A stretch of 64,000 nucleotides of DNA from Octopus sinensis (lineage: Eukaryota): positions 38,874,001 to 38,938,000 of the forward strand of contig NC_043003.1 of NCBI RefSeq assembly GCF_006345805.1, read 5' to 3'. Positions 13,170 through 27,677 of the stretch are shown here, in pieces. The notes under the pieces were generated by a model, which did no database searches, was not told where the DNA came from, and was given only the letters and a program-made list of their open reading frames with translations. Made by a program: the position numbers and the translations under genes. Numbering within the stretch: position 1 is the first letter of the stretch; every line of letters begins with the position of its first letter.

Positions 13170-13609
13170 ATATGTGTGGTAAGTAGCTTGCATGCCAACA
13201 ACATGGTTCTGGGTGCAGTCCCACTGTGTGGAAACTTGGGTCAGTGTCTTCTACTACAGCTTCGGGCCGACCAAAGTCTTGTGAGTTGATATGGTAGACG
13301 GAAATTGAAAGAAGCCCGTCTATATATATCTTTATATATGTGTGTGTTTGTGTTTGTCCCTCCATCATCGCTTAACAACCGATGTTGGTGTATTTACGTC
13401 CCCGTAACTTAGCGGTTCGGCAGAAAGTGACCGATAGAATAAGTAAAAGGCTTACGAAGAAGGACTAAAGGCGGCGCCCCAGCATGGCCGCAGTCAAATG
13501 ACTGAAACAAATAGAAGAATAAAAGAATAAAGTGTCTTTTACTATAGCCTGGGGCTGACCAGAGCTTTGTGAGTGGATTTTGGTAGACGGAGACTGAAAG
13601 AAGCTCGTC

Positions 13610-13651
<42 letters not shown>

Positions 13652-13664
13652 TTATATATATATA

Positions 13665-13696
<32 letters not shown>

Positions 13697-13910
13697 AATT
13701 GTGTGTGTGTGTGTTTGTCCCCTACCATCACTTGACAACCGATGTTGGTATGTTTACGTCCCCGTAAATTAGCGGTTCGGCAAAAAGACACCGATAGAAT
13801 AAGTACCAGGCTTACAAAGAATAAGTCTTGGTTTCGATTTGTTCGACTAATGGCGGTGCTCCAGCATAGCCGCAGTCAAATGACTGAAACAAATAAAAGA
13901 GTTAAAGAAT
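13170..13910 (+). mobile_element. Tandem pair of SINE family C (second copy lacks the tRNA head)
   Basis: Two successive family C bodies. Confidence 0.8.
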
Positions 13911-14493
13911 ATAAAGTACTAAAGCATGTGGAAAGAAGAAAATGAAGAGGAGGAATAAAAAGAAGAGGGGGAAAGATAAAGAAGAAAAAGAACAATAGCA
14001 GCAACAAATGGAAAGAAGTGAAAAGGTGAAGAAGAAGAGAAAGAGGAAAAAGTAAATGAAATCTTCTTCTTCTTCTTCTTCTTCTTCTCTTCTTCTTCTC
14101 TTCTTCTTCTTCTTCTTCTTCTTCTTCTTCTTCTTCTTCTTCTTTACATGTTGTATTTCATAAATATATATATATATTGTAGTTTTTTTTCCCTTTTTTT
14201 GTGCATATTTTTGTACGTATATTCCATGGGGCTATCTTGCATCCCAGTTTTTTTCGCTGGCAACATTAACTTTCTGACTTGTTGAACCCAGTGCTACATG
14301 AAAATACCCATTAAAGTAAATTACAAGGGGGGGGGGGAGTTGACCGATGACCCATCCCCCACTAGCCGATGGCTTAAGAGTAAGCATTATTATTAATATC
14401 AAAATAAAAATTATCCCTCCCCAAATCCATCTCTACTCATTTTTCACTCACACACACACACATATGTATATATGTATATATATGTATATTATA

Positions 14494-14609
14494 CTAGCAG
14501 TATAACCCGTCCTTGCCCGGGATTAAGTTACGACTATTAAGCTAATCAAGTTCTTTACTTCAAACCAAACTAAGTATATAGACGTCAAATTGGGCGAAAT
14601 CTTTTGAAT

Positions 14610-14652
<43 letters not shown>

Positions 14653-15207
14653 ATATTATATATATATAATATATATATATATATTAATATATATATATTA
14701 TATTGTATTATATTATATTATTTATATAGCAATTACAATATATTTATATTTAAAATAAATATATTGTAATGTTGTGTGAGAAATTATATAGAATATGATT
14801 ATAAAATATAGTGTCTTTCAAAAACAAAAAAAAGACAAAACATTTTCCATTTTATTTTTTATGAACGTCATAACTCTCTCTCTCCTCCCACTCTCACTTT
14901 GTATTTCCCGTGAAACTCTCTGCCTCCTTCTTCCACGTTTCTTTATCTTAATTTTTTTGTTTGACGCTGGCAAAAAAGCTAAGGCTAATATTTTTCGTGG
15001 CTAAAAGCTATGTCTGAAAATAGATATTTAGGCTACCCACGAGTGCCTCGGGGTAAAAATCAGTTGACAAAACCAAGAGAGGATGTTGACAAATGTCCTC
15101 CTAAAATTTGAGCGACATGCGTGTTAATTTGTGGACGTGCATAAATTACAATCACGTACACACACGCACACACACCACGCACACACACTCTCCTTTTATA
15201 GATATGA
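14494..15207 (-). mobile_element. Non-autonomous Helitron
   Basis: Minus strand starts A^TC (15207) atatctataaaagg and ends cccgggcaaggacggg...CTAG^T (14494). It carries an internal AT microsatellite. Confidence 0.65.
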
Positions 15208-15420
15208 TATATATCTTTATTATATATATATATATTATATAAAATTATAATTATATATTATATATAATATATATATATATTATATTATATTATATATTAT
15301 ATATACATATTGTATAAAAATATATATCCTAGAGCACCGCCATTAGTCGAACAAATCGAACCCAAGACTTATTGTTTGTAAGCCTGGTACTTATTCTATC
15401 GGTGTCTTTTTGCGGAACCG

Positions 15421-15720
15421 TTCTGTCTGTGTGTGCGTCTTCTAGGATCTCGGGCATCCTCCATCCAATTGCGCTCAAATTTGATATGTAGATACCGACG
15501 GTATCAGATCGTGTATAAGTCTTGAAAAAATTACAAAAATCGATTCCAGGTGAGAATGCAATCGATAAAGCCGTGGGTACGTGCATTTGTACGCGCAAGT
15601 ACATCAGCTGTTGCGATCGATACTACGCGTAAGCGAGAAAAATGAACGTGCAGTTTGCGCAAAAAAGCCGGCTAGCTTGAAATAATGCCACAAAATGCAG
15701 TATATTTAAGAGACCGAAAA
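15421..15720. mobile_element. Probable Helitron/Helentron-like internal fragment adjoining a SINE C fragment (15330-15420)
   Basis: ctgtctgtgtgtgcg...ccaattgcgctcaaatttgatatgtagatac resembles DINE-1-type cores; termini not seen. Confidence 0.35.
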
Positions 15721-16079
15721 AGTAAGATGGCAAAAGAGATATTTTCTTCAAACTTGGCATGAAGGAAGGAAAGACAATTTGGTTTCTCAAGAATTTTTTT
15801 TTGCCTTAACTTCGTTTAACAAAACCAAAATTTTATTGAAATAAAGGCATGCTTAATTATTTTTTAATGAAAAGAAAACACTGATTGCTTTTTATTCAAG
15901 GAAGAAAATATTATTTTCTTGCTAATAAATGTTGTTTGTTGCCTTCAAAGGGGTGGCATATGGGACGTCGGACAAGTTGTTTTGAGAAAATTTGTTTCAA
16001 ATGTTTAACAACTCAGCACCGACCATTGGACGGGGGACGTTGTGCTCGTATATATATATATATATACGAGCACCAAGGG

Positions 16080-16175
16080 AGAATTCACAAAGAAGCAAAA
16101 GACGAAGACAGGTGGTGTAGACAACAAACAGATGTATTAACGTTTCGCGCCTACGCTCTTCCACAGAAGGGAGGG
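16080..16175 (-). mobile_element. Family G Penelope-like terminal fragment (internally deleted) with hammerhead-like motif
   Basis: Shares gacgaagacaggtggtgtagacaacaaacagatgtatt and acgtttcg...cctacgctcttcc with copies at 32215, 39965, 56760 and 61183. Confidence 0.6.
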
Positions 16176-16343
16176 TGTGTATGATTGCGTATCGAAGAAG
16201 ATATTACTCAAACAAATTCCAACTTTGATTTTCACGTTTTATTTACAATCTTATAATAATATAATAGCAAGATAGTACAATATAATGAAATGATAGAATA
16301 TTAAATGTCCATTCTGATTCGTATGTATGTATATATATGTAAG

Positions 16344-16377
<34 letters not shown>

Positions 16378-18015
16378 TATATAAATGCATGTGTGTGTAA
16401 CCTATATACCAGACAGGACAAATTTATCTATTGCTCCGTAAATTGAAGAAAAATAAAATGATGGAATGAACAGCCTTAATCGATTTTGAAACCTTTGGCG
16501 GGTTCATCAGAAATATCCATACCAATTTGACCGATCCTAGTGGGGGCCAACCAGTCATTCTGTTAATATACTCAACAAACCCAGCAACTACAGAGAACTG
16601 GGGCAAGTAATTTGCATACCGTACATATTTAACAATTTATTTAATCTCAGGGGTCTGTCAACGGGATCTTAGTACTCTCGGTATGAAAGTATGATATAAC
16701 CTATATTGTAAATATTTATATAGGGCAAATGTACCCCTCTCTCCGTAGACTGAAAGAATGATGAACAGCGTTAATCGATTTTTAAACCTTATTGGGTTCT
16801 CAGAAAACACACATACACACATACATACATATATACTTATACACACACACGCGCGCGCGTGCGCGCTCGCACGCACGCGCTCGCACGCACCCACACATTT
16901 ATATTTGTGTATTAGTTGAGTTTTTATCAACCTTGTAGTTTGATTTGGGAGGCTTGTCTATGGGTAACAGCTGTCCGACACGATTTTGCAGGGAATATCG
17001 ATCGTATTACTGAAAATACACTATGAATCCGTGAATATTTCCGAAGTTTATATAAAGACAGTGGAATGAGTACTATCGAAGGATATACATAACAACATGA
17101 CAATGATAGCATTAAAGACATATAAAAGCAAATTTGAAGCAATACATAACATTTAAACTAAAAATTGTGCATCATTTAAAAGCTAAAAAGACATCTGAAT
17201 TATTCTGCATGATTTGATTTCAAGTTAAAATTTCACAGAAGCTCCGGTATGCATTTTAAGTGAGTTTATGGAAGTTTATGGAAGTTTATAGGAGTTTATG
17301 GAACTTTTAGTTCCAGAACTGCTTACCCAATTGATCAATCCACAATTTGCACATCTGCTGCTTCAAGTCACAACTGTATCCTCTCTGTCCAAAGCCATCT
17401 GAGGTTTCGGTCGTAGAACGTTTGGCCTCTTCTTTGTTTCGTTCAGTCAGAAATTTGCAAAGTGATTGACCAACAAACCCCCAGCAGCTTTCTTCAATTG
17501 GCTCACGTTGTGTTTGCTATATTTAGTTTGCACACTCCTGGTATTTAGCAAGTTTTCTCACATAAGCTCCCTTATTGTGCATAGCCAGCCAATTTCCACA
17601 CAATTACCTATTTTCTGTAACCTTAGAAGGTAACTATATCTGAGCGGAATGTCGTTGGTATGAGGGTTCCGAGAACTTGAACTGCTCAACATGACCCACT
17701 TTAGCTGTTTAACACGATGAGGTTTTTTGTTCTCCATATCAACGACAAAGTACTGGCAATAACTGTCGTCATTGCTTGCAACCAACATACAGCATCGCTC
17801 ATAGTTCATATCTGTAGAATCTTGTGCACATCTTCAAACTTCCACTACTCACTCATTTTCTTAGCTGCTGACAATTTGATCTGCTGAACTATCCTTCATG
17901 GAGTTAGGAGTGTTGTGCAAGCACGTCGAGGGACTCGATGCTGTGAAGTGAGTTCTGCCAATACTCCTACGTTTCACCAGGATGTAATCTTGTGTGTATG
18001 ATATACATAGAAAGA

Positions 18016-18053
<38 letters not shown>

Positions 18054-18209
18054 AAGAAAGAGGGAGAGAGAGTGGAAGGGATAGATGAGGAAAATAATGA
18101 AGCAAATAAACAAATAAAATAGCTTGGGCTTGATACACAAAATACACATACAAAGTCTTGCAGATTTCTACGATGCATACAACTGGTTATAAATACTAAA
18201 ATAATGGTA

Positions 18210-19388
18210 GTAGAGACACAATTTTAATGTAACATTTATGACAACGAAAACATTTATCACTCAATATGGCCGCCTTGTCGAGCAATTACTGCTTCCACAC
18301 GAGAACGAAATTTTTTGCAGCTGCCGCAACCTACACTTTGATTGTGCGTGTCGCACGCACAATACAGGTTTTCAAACTGTCGACACTGGAGTGTAGTGAA
18401 GCATTGGTCCTTGCTTGAAGTACGCCCCATAAAAAGTAATCGAGAAGGTTGAGATCTGGGTTATTACTGGGCCAGATGTTGGCCCTCTCAAAAAATAGCA
18501 CCTTCTAACAAGTAAGATCTGTGTTGCTTTTGATCCATGGCATGGTGCAGAATTCTGGATAAGCACCACATTGTCAAGCTCAAACTTCTGCTCCATTCAA
18601 AGTAATAGGGAATTCTTCAGGATATCCAGAATACTCCTTTGTACCGATCTTCAAGCCAGAATCAATGAAGTGTGGATCCATGACACTTCCATCACTCGCC
18701 ACGGCTCCAAATACCATCACAGAGGTAGGATTCTTAGTTTGAAACAGAGGGGAGACGTCGGAAGGTTTGTATGCACTCAGTCGAGAATCTCTGCGTTTCA
18801 CCTCAGCATCCACAGTAAACTTCTTTTCGTCCACAAACACGAGAGTTTTTCCTGAACCTTGATGCTTGATGAATGACAAAAGCGTAGGACATCTCTCGGC
18901 TCTTATTGCTTTGGCCTTGGCTATAAGGAGGTGACGGCGTGGTTGAACATAGCTAGTCATACCAAGGTTCCTGTTCACAGCTCTGGACACTTTGGAAAGA
19001 GACACATTGCGTCTCTTTGCGAGAGTTGTCATGGATGTGGATGGGTTGGCTTCAAATCGAGCGTTTGATGTCAGCGAGAAACTTTGGATTCAGCTTGGAA
19101 TCACTTCGAGTCTTGTGTTCTCTTCTATCAATCTTTTCCTTGTCTTTAAATGTTTATGCATACGTAAACTGTTGCTTTTGGAAGTTTCGTTAAGTTAACA
19201 ATTTTATTGGCAGTGAGTGGAACGATTCTGTTGTTCCATGACCTTCTATTTTCGTATCAGTTCGCTATTTACCTGAAAAATAAAGAGGAGGATTAGATTT
19301 TCAAGCAAGGTTTTATCAAAAAATGAAATGTTAAACCCACTAAGTCAACTGCTTAAAATTGGTCTCAATTCATTTGGAAAACCCTGTA
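18210..19388 (-). mobile_element. Tc1/mariner superfamily DD37D (maT-type) transposon, transposase pseudogene about 19239-18257
   Basis: Motifs FVDEKKFTV, KNPTSVMVFGAV, QNSAPCH, WPSNNPDLNLLDY and GGHIE*. There are 113 nt between the second and third catalytic positions, giving 37 intervening residues if a 1-nt deletion is restored. The 5' TIR tacagggttttccaaatgaattgagacc lies at 19361-19388; the other TIR is degraded. Confidence 0.85.
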
Positions 19389-19458
19389 CGTATATGAATG
19401 TAAATAGCGAGAAAACAAAGGCGGAAAAAAATATTCTCCTCTTAATTTTGTCTTTGTA

Positions 19459-19793
19459 CGCATGGCTCAGTGGTTAGAGCGTCGAGCTTACGATCGTGAG
19501 GTTGTGAGCTCGAATCCTGGACCGGGCTGCGTGTTGTGTTCTCGAGCAAGGCACTTTATTTCACGTTGCTCCAGTTCACTCAGCTGTAGAAATGAGTTGC
19601 GACGTCACTGGTGCCAAGCTGTATCGACCTTTGTCTTTCCCTTGGATAACACTGGTGGCGTGGAGAGGGGAGGCTGGTATGCATGGGCGACTGCTGGCCT
19701 TCCATAAACAACCTTGCCCGGACTTGTGTCTAGGAGGGTAACTTTCTAGGTGCAATCCCATGGTCATTCATGACCGAAGGGGGTCTTTATCCC
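19459..19793 (+). mobile_element. tRNA-derived SINE family D, full length
   Basis: Head tggctcagtggttagagcg...gagctcgaatcc plus a CORE-like body. Relatives at 30938-31271 and 47087-47414. Confidence 0.85.
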
Positions 19794-19799
19794 TCTGTG

Positions 19800-20020
19800 T
19801 ACATTTGATCTGTTTATATATGAATAGTTAATCCAAACATGAACAAAGAGAAAACAGAACAACAAGAGGACATGGTATAAGTACAGTGTTATTGGACGCT
19901 CAGGGAAGGAGAGAAAGGAATGAGGACTTCATGTGTCGAGCGGAGCTCTTCATCAGAAATATAGAAAACATCCAAAGGGAAGACGGAGAAAGAAAATCGC
20001 CAACGGTACACACACGGTCA
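19800..20020 (-). mobile_element. Penelope-like terminal fragment with decayed hammerhead motif (19927-19959)
   Basis: Minus strand reads ttt CTGATGA a GAGC tcc GCTC GAcAC. Confidence 0.5.
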
Positions 20021-20137
20021 CATGAATATCTATATATTTATACGTGAATATTCATCATCTGAATATTTTCAGTCTTTATTTTTTCCTCTGTTTATATGTA
20101 TATATGTATGTATATTTTATATATCTAGCCCAAGCGG

Positions 20138-20210
<73 letters not shown>

Positions 20211-20408
20211 TGTCGTTGCTTCGTTATCTTCCATATCTGTTCACCTGGATTCCTCTTATAACCATTCTGTACCTCTGCAGACTTGGTCCTTGATAAAGAT
20301 TTCAAAGTGAAAGTTAAAATCATTTGAGCTCTACTAAGTCTTTTCTATGTTGAGCATCTCTGGAACTCATCTACTGACTCTCTCGCTCTCTGTGCGCACA
20401 CACACAAA

Positions 20409-20444
<36 letters not shown>

Positions 20445-20476
20445 ACACACACACACACACACACAGACAGACAGGC

Positions 20477-20513
<37 letters not shown>

Positions 20514-21467
20514 CACACACACACACACACACCTTCATATACATTCAGACATCTAGATTCATGTGCACAAACACACACCCAAAGAAATCGGTTAAAAAAA
20601 CAAAGAAAAATCGATTGGAGAGTCTATCAAATGAAAATAAAATTTATATTATTCAAAATTATGTGTAAATAGTGACAGCGTAATTAATACTCCGAATAGA
20701 CAAATACAAGAATGGATTTGAAAGCAGCAGTAACACCTAATTGAAGTGGTGTTGACCTTTCGAACTTTATCCTTGTTGACCCACTGACCTTTCATTCCTA
20801 CTGACCTGTTGAACTTTTCTCTCTCTCCAAGTATCTAACTGCCAGGCGTTGGCTCCAGACAAATGTTTTTCTCGCTCTAACCTTTGTCTAAATAAACACA
20901 TCCTGTAAAGATGTGTTTGAAAGGTACAGGGGTATGTTGGTGTGCTGTGAGGGGTTGAGGTGCAGCACCCCTCAGTGGGGAAGCGAAAAGGCACAAAAGA
21001 ACAAACAAACAAACAAAACAAACAAAAACAAGCAAACAACCAACCGAACAAAAGCTTACCCTATCTGATACGGAAACTGATTAGAGAGATGTAAATATAT
21101 GTGTATGGGCGTGAGGGGAATGGCTAATGTTAGGTTCATTTTGTCCAGTGTGAGACCTAGAGAGGTTGTTACTGTTGTTTATTCCCTGCTCAATTCTGTT
21201 TAGGTAGATCGATAATCATATTCTAGTTGTGATCATTCTGACTATTATTCAGAAAATATATCCACGATTCCTCCAGGAGATCCAGTCCTTGATGCAATGT
21301 AGTGGCTTATCTACCCCCAATGATTATAGAGCTGGCATAACTCTCATAATTATGAGAGCTATGTCAGCGGAGCGCATGCTCCTGGTGAAGCTCCTCATGC
21401 TGGTCAGGTCAAAGGGTAGGGATCACCAGTTCCCAGAGGTAAAAATAAACTTGTTAAGGTTATCTCT

Positions 21468-21935
<468 letters not shown>

Positions 21936-22007
21936 ATTAAAGCGCACTACTAACACAGTTGAACACGGTATTGATTTATAAAAACGTTTAATGTACTTTA
22001 TAGTATA

Positions 22008-22310
22008 CTAGCAGTAAATCCTGGCGTTGCTCGGGTTTGTAAGGGAAATAACTATATAAGCTTTTTTAGAGAGTTACTTCCCTTATATAATAGTAAAAAA
22101 ATGCATTAAAAATGGGAAAAAATGATGGTAATTTTTTTTATAAATCGTAGACTCATCATAGACGCGCGCTAATACCCAGAAGAGCTCGATATGAATGACG
22201 ACTACAAGATATCCGCTTTTGGTTAAACTGCACCGCAAAATGTGGGAGTAGTTAGGAATCTAAATCGTAGGAGACAGACACTCACACAACTTCACTTTTA
22301 TATATAAAGA
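22008..22310 (-). mobile_element. Non-autonomous Helitron, 303 bp
   Basis: Minus strand reads A^TCtttatatataaaag...cccgagcaacgccagg (hairpin) atttactg CTAG^T. It is inserted in an AT dinucleotide with no TSD. Confidence 0.8.
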
Positions 22311-22429
22311 TTATGGTTGCATAACGAAATACGGCGTCCTTACAAGTCATTAATAAAAAAAATAAGCTTGCGTAGAGCCAATGCTTCTTCCGAGAGAAAA
22401 GCAAAGTTACAGAAGCCTCGATGACAAAT

Positions 22430-22615
22430 CTAAACCAACAAGTTCTAAGAGAGGAAGACCCTCCTTCCGAGAAACATATGTAGGCTATTCAGGCAGACAT
22501 GAAAAAGCAGGGATCCAACTAGAGAGAAATAACAAAGATACTTCAGAGTAAAGAACAGTGGAGAAAAGTCGTTGATGGCCCATGACCCATAGGGAGCGAA
22601 GGGCTTAAGTAAGAA
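22430..22615 (+). mobile_element. Possible decayed RTE-type LINE 3' end
   Basis: agaggaagacc (RGRP-like)...gtggagaaaagtcgttgatggcccatgaccc...ggcttaagtaag tail. Confidence 0.35.
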
Positions 22616-23374
22616 AATATATCCAGGAGTGCATTACATAATGTCTCATTACTCTTTTAAAGATCCTAGGGTGTTATTTGAAGGATGTTTAACAGCTGTT
22701 TTTAGAAGGTTGAACCATTCCTTCATTTTGAGCTGTTTTAGAAGATTGAGCTTTTCTTCTTTATGGCATCTGGTGATGCTTGTTGAAGCAATAGACAACC
22801 AAACATATCGATAAACTGATACAGTGAGAGACAGATACATTCTTAGATAAATATACCTAGCAGGTTATGTCTAGATGTCTATCGCAACCGCGGATGATTG
22901 ATACTAGCATATACCATGAATTCGCTAATGGTTTTAGGTGTACATGTAGTCGTCGGAAGACAAAAACACCCTCCCGTTCTACTACGGTTCAATCACAAGA
23001 TTATCCATGATCCAAGGAGAGAATGAATCTAGTATTTTATTTATTAACTCTACTCAACAAAAAAGATGAAGGGCATGCTTATGGATCATTTCAAACACAT
23101 GGGGCGATTAACATAACATATTTGCTCACAACTCTCATTTTTCACTGACCCAATCTTGATCATTCAGTTGAAGAAATGATAAATATATAACCCAATGAAA
23201 GACCTGGTTGAAATACTGGAAATTCCCGCGGTCATTACGTCTCTGACTCTATAGAGTGTCTGTATGAACAATTCACATGTATGTATACTCTTTTTACTCT
23301 TTTACTTGTTTCAGCCATCCGGCTGAGGCCATGCTGGGGCACCGCCCTTGTATGTATGTATGTATGTATGTATG

Positions 23375-24325
23375 TAAGTTATCGCCGTTTTTTTAAAGTT
23401 TGGAATTTATTGCGTTTTTAAATTTGGAATCTATTTTTTCGAGAATTGTACTTTTGAATCATTTTCGAATCTATTTTTTTTTTTCTAGTTAATTTTAGTC
23501 AATTTTTGTTTATTTTCAGATCATTAAAATGGAATGTCAAGTTAAGAAAAACGAGCATTTTCGACACCCTCTTCTTTTTGCTTTTAATCAAGGTTCAAAG
23601 GCCGCAAAAGCTACTCGCGACATTTGTGCTGTGTATGGAGAGGGTGCCATAGTTGGGAGAACCGCTCGTGATTGGTATGCCAAGTTTAAAAATGGAAATT
23701 TTGACCTCAAAGACACACCTCGTTCTGGCCGTCCAGTTGAATTCAATGAAGAGCTATTAAACCAACTATTGCACGAAAATTCTTGTGAAACTACAAGGGA
23801 GCTTACAGAGAAAATGAAATGCTCCCACACAGCTATAGAGAAGCATCTTCACTCGATGGGAAAGGTTCAGAAGTATGGAGCATGGGTTCCGCGTGCTTTA
23901 AGTGACAACAACAAAATTCAACGAGCCACAATCTCCGCTGGTTTGCTTGCTCGTCATCGCTCAACTCATGGACACCAGCAACGATTTCTTTACTGAATCG
24001 TTTCTGGCGATAAAAAATGGTGCCTCTGCATCAATATGAAGCAGCATAAGGAATGGCTTAGCCACGGTAAACAAGCGACAACGATGTTGTGCGTATGGTG
24101 GGACTGGGAAGGGATTTTCCATTACGAATTTCTTGAACGGAACCAAACAGTCAACGCGGAACTCTATGTTCAACAGATGGAACGACTCAACACGTCTATT
24201 CAAGAGAAATGACCTAATCGTCATCATGGAGTTCTTCTGCTGCATGACAACGCACGCCCTCATATCGCCAATATGACCAAGGACGCCATTCAAATGCTTG
24301 GTTGGGAAGTGCTGCCACACCGCCT
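23375..24325 (+). mobile_element. Mariner transposon, 3'-truncated; transposase pseudogene from 23529
   Basis: HTH region ...RSGRP, then WVPRAL, (stop) [27 protein letters not shown] and WEVLPH. It has in-frame stops and breaks off before YSPDL. Confidence 0.9.
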
Positions 24326-24399
24326 TACAAGGAGGAGACATACGTATAATACAGGGAGTCAGGTCAGCAAACTCTAGATGGGAAATGCGTTGAAATAAA

Positions 24400-24545
24400 A
24401 TAGAAAAAAGAAAAGAACAACAATAGGAGTGTACAACGAAGCTATTGACACCAAGCGGGAGACAAGAGAGTCTAACGTCTCGAGAGATACTCTTCATCAA
24501 AGAGAGCAAAAACGAATAAGAGAAATAGGAGAAGAATAAAATTAT
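24400..24545 (-). mobile_element. Penelope-like terminal fragment with decayed hammerhead motif (24470-24505)
   Basis: Minus strand reads tTGATGA a GAG tatct CTC GAgAC GTT. Confidence 0.4.
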
Positions 24546-24659
24546 ATGATATCGAATTTAAGCTGTCTGTTTACATGGCTGGCCCAGCGTAAAATCTTTG
24601 CATCCTGAATCTATGCGTAATAATTTAACACTTAAATGCCAATAAATTTAAATAAAGTT

Positions 24660-25200
24660 TAAGCCGCGTCTTCTAATCGATTCAGAGACGAATTTCTTTG
24701 CTGTATTTGGCAAAGTCGATCTCGGCGGCGTTTGAACTCCTCAGAATGTAAGCGTTTTGGCCGGTGTTTTTTACGATTCAGCCAGCTCACCACCTTGATA
24801 GTAATAATATATTTCTTTACTACCCACAAGGGGCTAAACACAAGGGGGGGGAAACAAGGACAGACAAAGGGATTAAGTTGATTACATCGACTCCAGTGCA
24901 TAACTGGTACTTATTTTATCGACCCCGAAAGGATGAAAGGCAAAGTCGACCTCGGCGGAATTTGAACTCGAAACGTAACGACAGGCGAAATACGGCTACA
25001 CATTTCGCCCGGCGTGCTAACGTTTCTGCCAGCTCACCACCTTGATAATAATAATAATAATAATCTTTTCTACTATAGGCACAAAGCCTGAAACTTTAGG
25101 GGAAAGTACTAGTGGATTACTTCGACCCCTGCACTTGACTAGTGCTTATTTCATCGACTTCGAAAGGATGAAATTCAAAGTCCACCTCGGCGGAATTTGA
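24660..25200 (-). mobile_element. Cluster of SINE family B copies (best copy 24810-25045)
   Basis: Three successive matches to the family B domain. Confidence 0.8.
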
Positions 25201-25704
25201 ACAATGATAATAATAATAATAATAATAGTACAATAATAATGAGCTTACTGCGTGCAGCGTCCAGCGTCCAGGTGTACTAGAACTCAAGCAGAGTGAATCG
25301 AAGCCGAGACCCACAGACGATATTAGAATATTTCAATTACGTAGTTATCAGAATTACTATCTGTATAAGCTTGAGTGATCGGGGACACTGTATAAAAAAG
25401 ATTAATGAATGTTGAGTCACAATCCCACTCGTTAGGACAGTCTATGTTAGTTCCATTTGCACTTGTAGAACTTAGTCCTGTAGTTTGGGCTTTAAAAGTT
25501 TTCATTACTTTGTGAGAAAATGTTTCCTGGTGAAATTCCTTCGGAGATCTATAAACATGGTGGACGGAAAATACAGGAAAAACTTCTCGCCTTACTTATA
25601 ACAATATGACAGCATGAACTAATTCCACAAGAATTCAAAAATGTTTGCATTATACACCTCTATGAAAGAAAAGGAATCATCCAACGGTGTGACAGCCATA
25701 GGGA

Positions 25705-26490
25705 CATGTCACTCATGCCATTTGCAAGAAAAATCTTAGCATGGATCACGTTCAATCGGTTCATGCAACATCTTGTGCCTGGACTTAAGATTTGGTGCAG
25801 CTTCCGAAAATCTCGCGGAGCGATTGAAATGACGTTTGCTGCAAGACAGCTTCAAGAGAAATATCAGGAACAAATCAAGACAACTACAGTGTTTATCGAC
25901 TTGACCTAGGCTTTTGATAGGTGTAAGCAGTCAAGGCCTTTGGAAAATAATGAAAAAATTCGTTTGTCCAAACAAGTTCATCAACATGATGCGTCAATTT
26001 CATGATGGCATGCAAGTTCGTGTCTTGAATGATAGAAAATTCTCACAAATTTTCAGTGTAACCGATGGTGTGAAGTAGGATTGTGCTCTATCACTCACAC
26101 TCTTCGGTTTGATGTTTAGCGCAGTGCTACACGATGCAGTCTCCCATGTGACAGCTAGCATCCAGACCAGGTACAGTTAAGACGGTGGTCTTTTCAGCTG
26201 TCTGAAAGCTGAGGCCCAAACCAGCTTAACTATCAAAAAGGAGTTCCATTTTGCGGACGATTGCGCTCTGGATGTAAACTCTGCTCTGAAGCAAGTTTTC
26301 AACAGTGCTTAGACAGCTTTGCTTCAGCTTGCGGTAATTTCGGTCTCACAATCAGTATAAAAAATTCTGGAGTCATGTACCAGCCCGCTCTCGGAAAACT
26401 TTTCGTCGAATCACTCCTGACAATAAAAACGAACATTTCCAACCTGTAGAGAGATTCACCTACTATGGAAGTCGGCTGTCTGATTACAGT
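25705..26490 (+). pseudogene. RTE-clade LINE reverse-transcriptase fragment, decayed
   Basis: KILAWI...CSFRKSRG...FAARQLQEK...FIDLT*AFD...RQFHDGM...FADDCAL...NFGLTIS...FTY, with stops and frameshifts. Confidence 0.85.
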
Positions 26491-26603
26491 GTCAAATTGG
26501 CCCGATAAACCACCTCAAGACCTACAAAGTGTAAAGCTGATAACAAAGTTATTAAAGATAAAATAATAATAAATTGATTAGACATTAAACAAATCATCGC
26601 TAA

Positions 26604-26797
26604 TGGCACGTAACAAGCACCCACTACACTCACGGAGTGGTTGGCGTTAGGAAGGGCATCCAGCTGTAGAAACATTGCCAGATAAGACTGGAGCCTGGTG
26701 CAGCCTTCTGGCTTCCCAGATCCCCGGTCGAACCGTCCAACCCATGCTAGCATGGAGAACGGACGTTAAACGATGATGATGATGATGATGATGATGA
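26604..26797 (+). mobile_element. SINE family F 3' part with (GAT)n tail
   Basis: Matches 42206-42385 and ends acggacgttaaac(gat)n. Confidence 0.7.
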
Positions 26798-27172
26798 GTA
26801 TGATTTTCATGGAGGGAATTGATCAAGTATGATGAACATAAATAAAACAGCATATATTCATAAGGGCTACAGGGCCATCTTTTTTTTTTTTTAGCAGGAC
26901 GTGTGTATTGATGTATGTACTTATTTATTGATATAATTACTGTAATTCATTGTTTTGTTTCCTTTATTCATTTAATTAACTAGTTGAACAAACTATCAGC
27001 AGCAAAACTTGAAGTCCCAACATAAACCGATATGTAAAAAAAGAAAAATACAACAGCAAAGAAACAAAACAAAACAAAAAAGGATCTACTAAAAGTATTG
27101 AGTCCTTTCATCAGTAAAACATCAGATTACCTTCATAACATTACATTTTAATATTTCTAACACTAATTAACA

Positions 27173-27580
27173 GGGCCGCGAGCTGGCAGAAACGTTAGCA
27201 CGCCGGGCGAAATGCGTAGCCGTATTTCGTCTGCCACTGCGTTCTGAGTTCAAATTCCGCCGAGGTCGACTTTGCTTTTCATCCTTTCGGGGTCGATTAA
27301 ATAAGTACCAGTTACGCACTGGGGTCGATATAATCGACTTAATCCGTTTGTCTGTCCTTGTTTGTCCTCTTTGTGTTTAGCCCCTTGTGGGTAGTAAAGA
27401 AATAGGTATTTCATCATTCTTTATGCTACAAGTTCAAATTCCACCGAGATCGACTTTGCCTTTCATCTTTTCGAGGTTGATAAAACAAGTACCAGTTGAG
27501 TACTGGACTCGATATAATCGACTTGGCCCCTCCCCCGAACTCGCTGGAGTTGTGCCAAAATTTGAAACCAATATTTTCTA
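27173..27580 (+). mobile_element. SINE family B copies
   Basis: A-box gagctggcagaaacgttagc and B-box gagttcaaattcc. Confidence 0.85.
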
Positions 27581-27677
27581 ACATTAACAAGTATATGTGT
27601 GTTTGTGTGTCTAAATAACTCGCCCTCATACAGAATCACGTAGGATTTTGTGGGAGAAGGACCCATATCTTTGCTCC

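Noticed and set aside
17200-17990. Minus-strand stretch with STDMN...KKPHRVKQLK, faintly like a Tc1/mariner C-terminus
   Set aside because: No convincing catalytic motif and stops in all frames; it needs an HMM search.
19459-19535. tRNA-like heads of SINE families B-E as real tRNA genes
   Set aside because: Acceptor stems do not close, and the heads run directly into SINE bodies.
20770-21460. Unique-looking segment with a possible Penelope N-terminal-like phrase (DLTSMRSFTRSMRS)
   Set aside because: Similarity too weak to support by eye.
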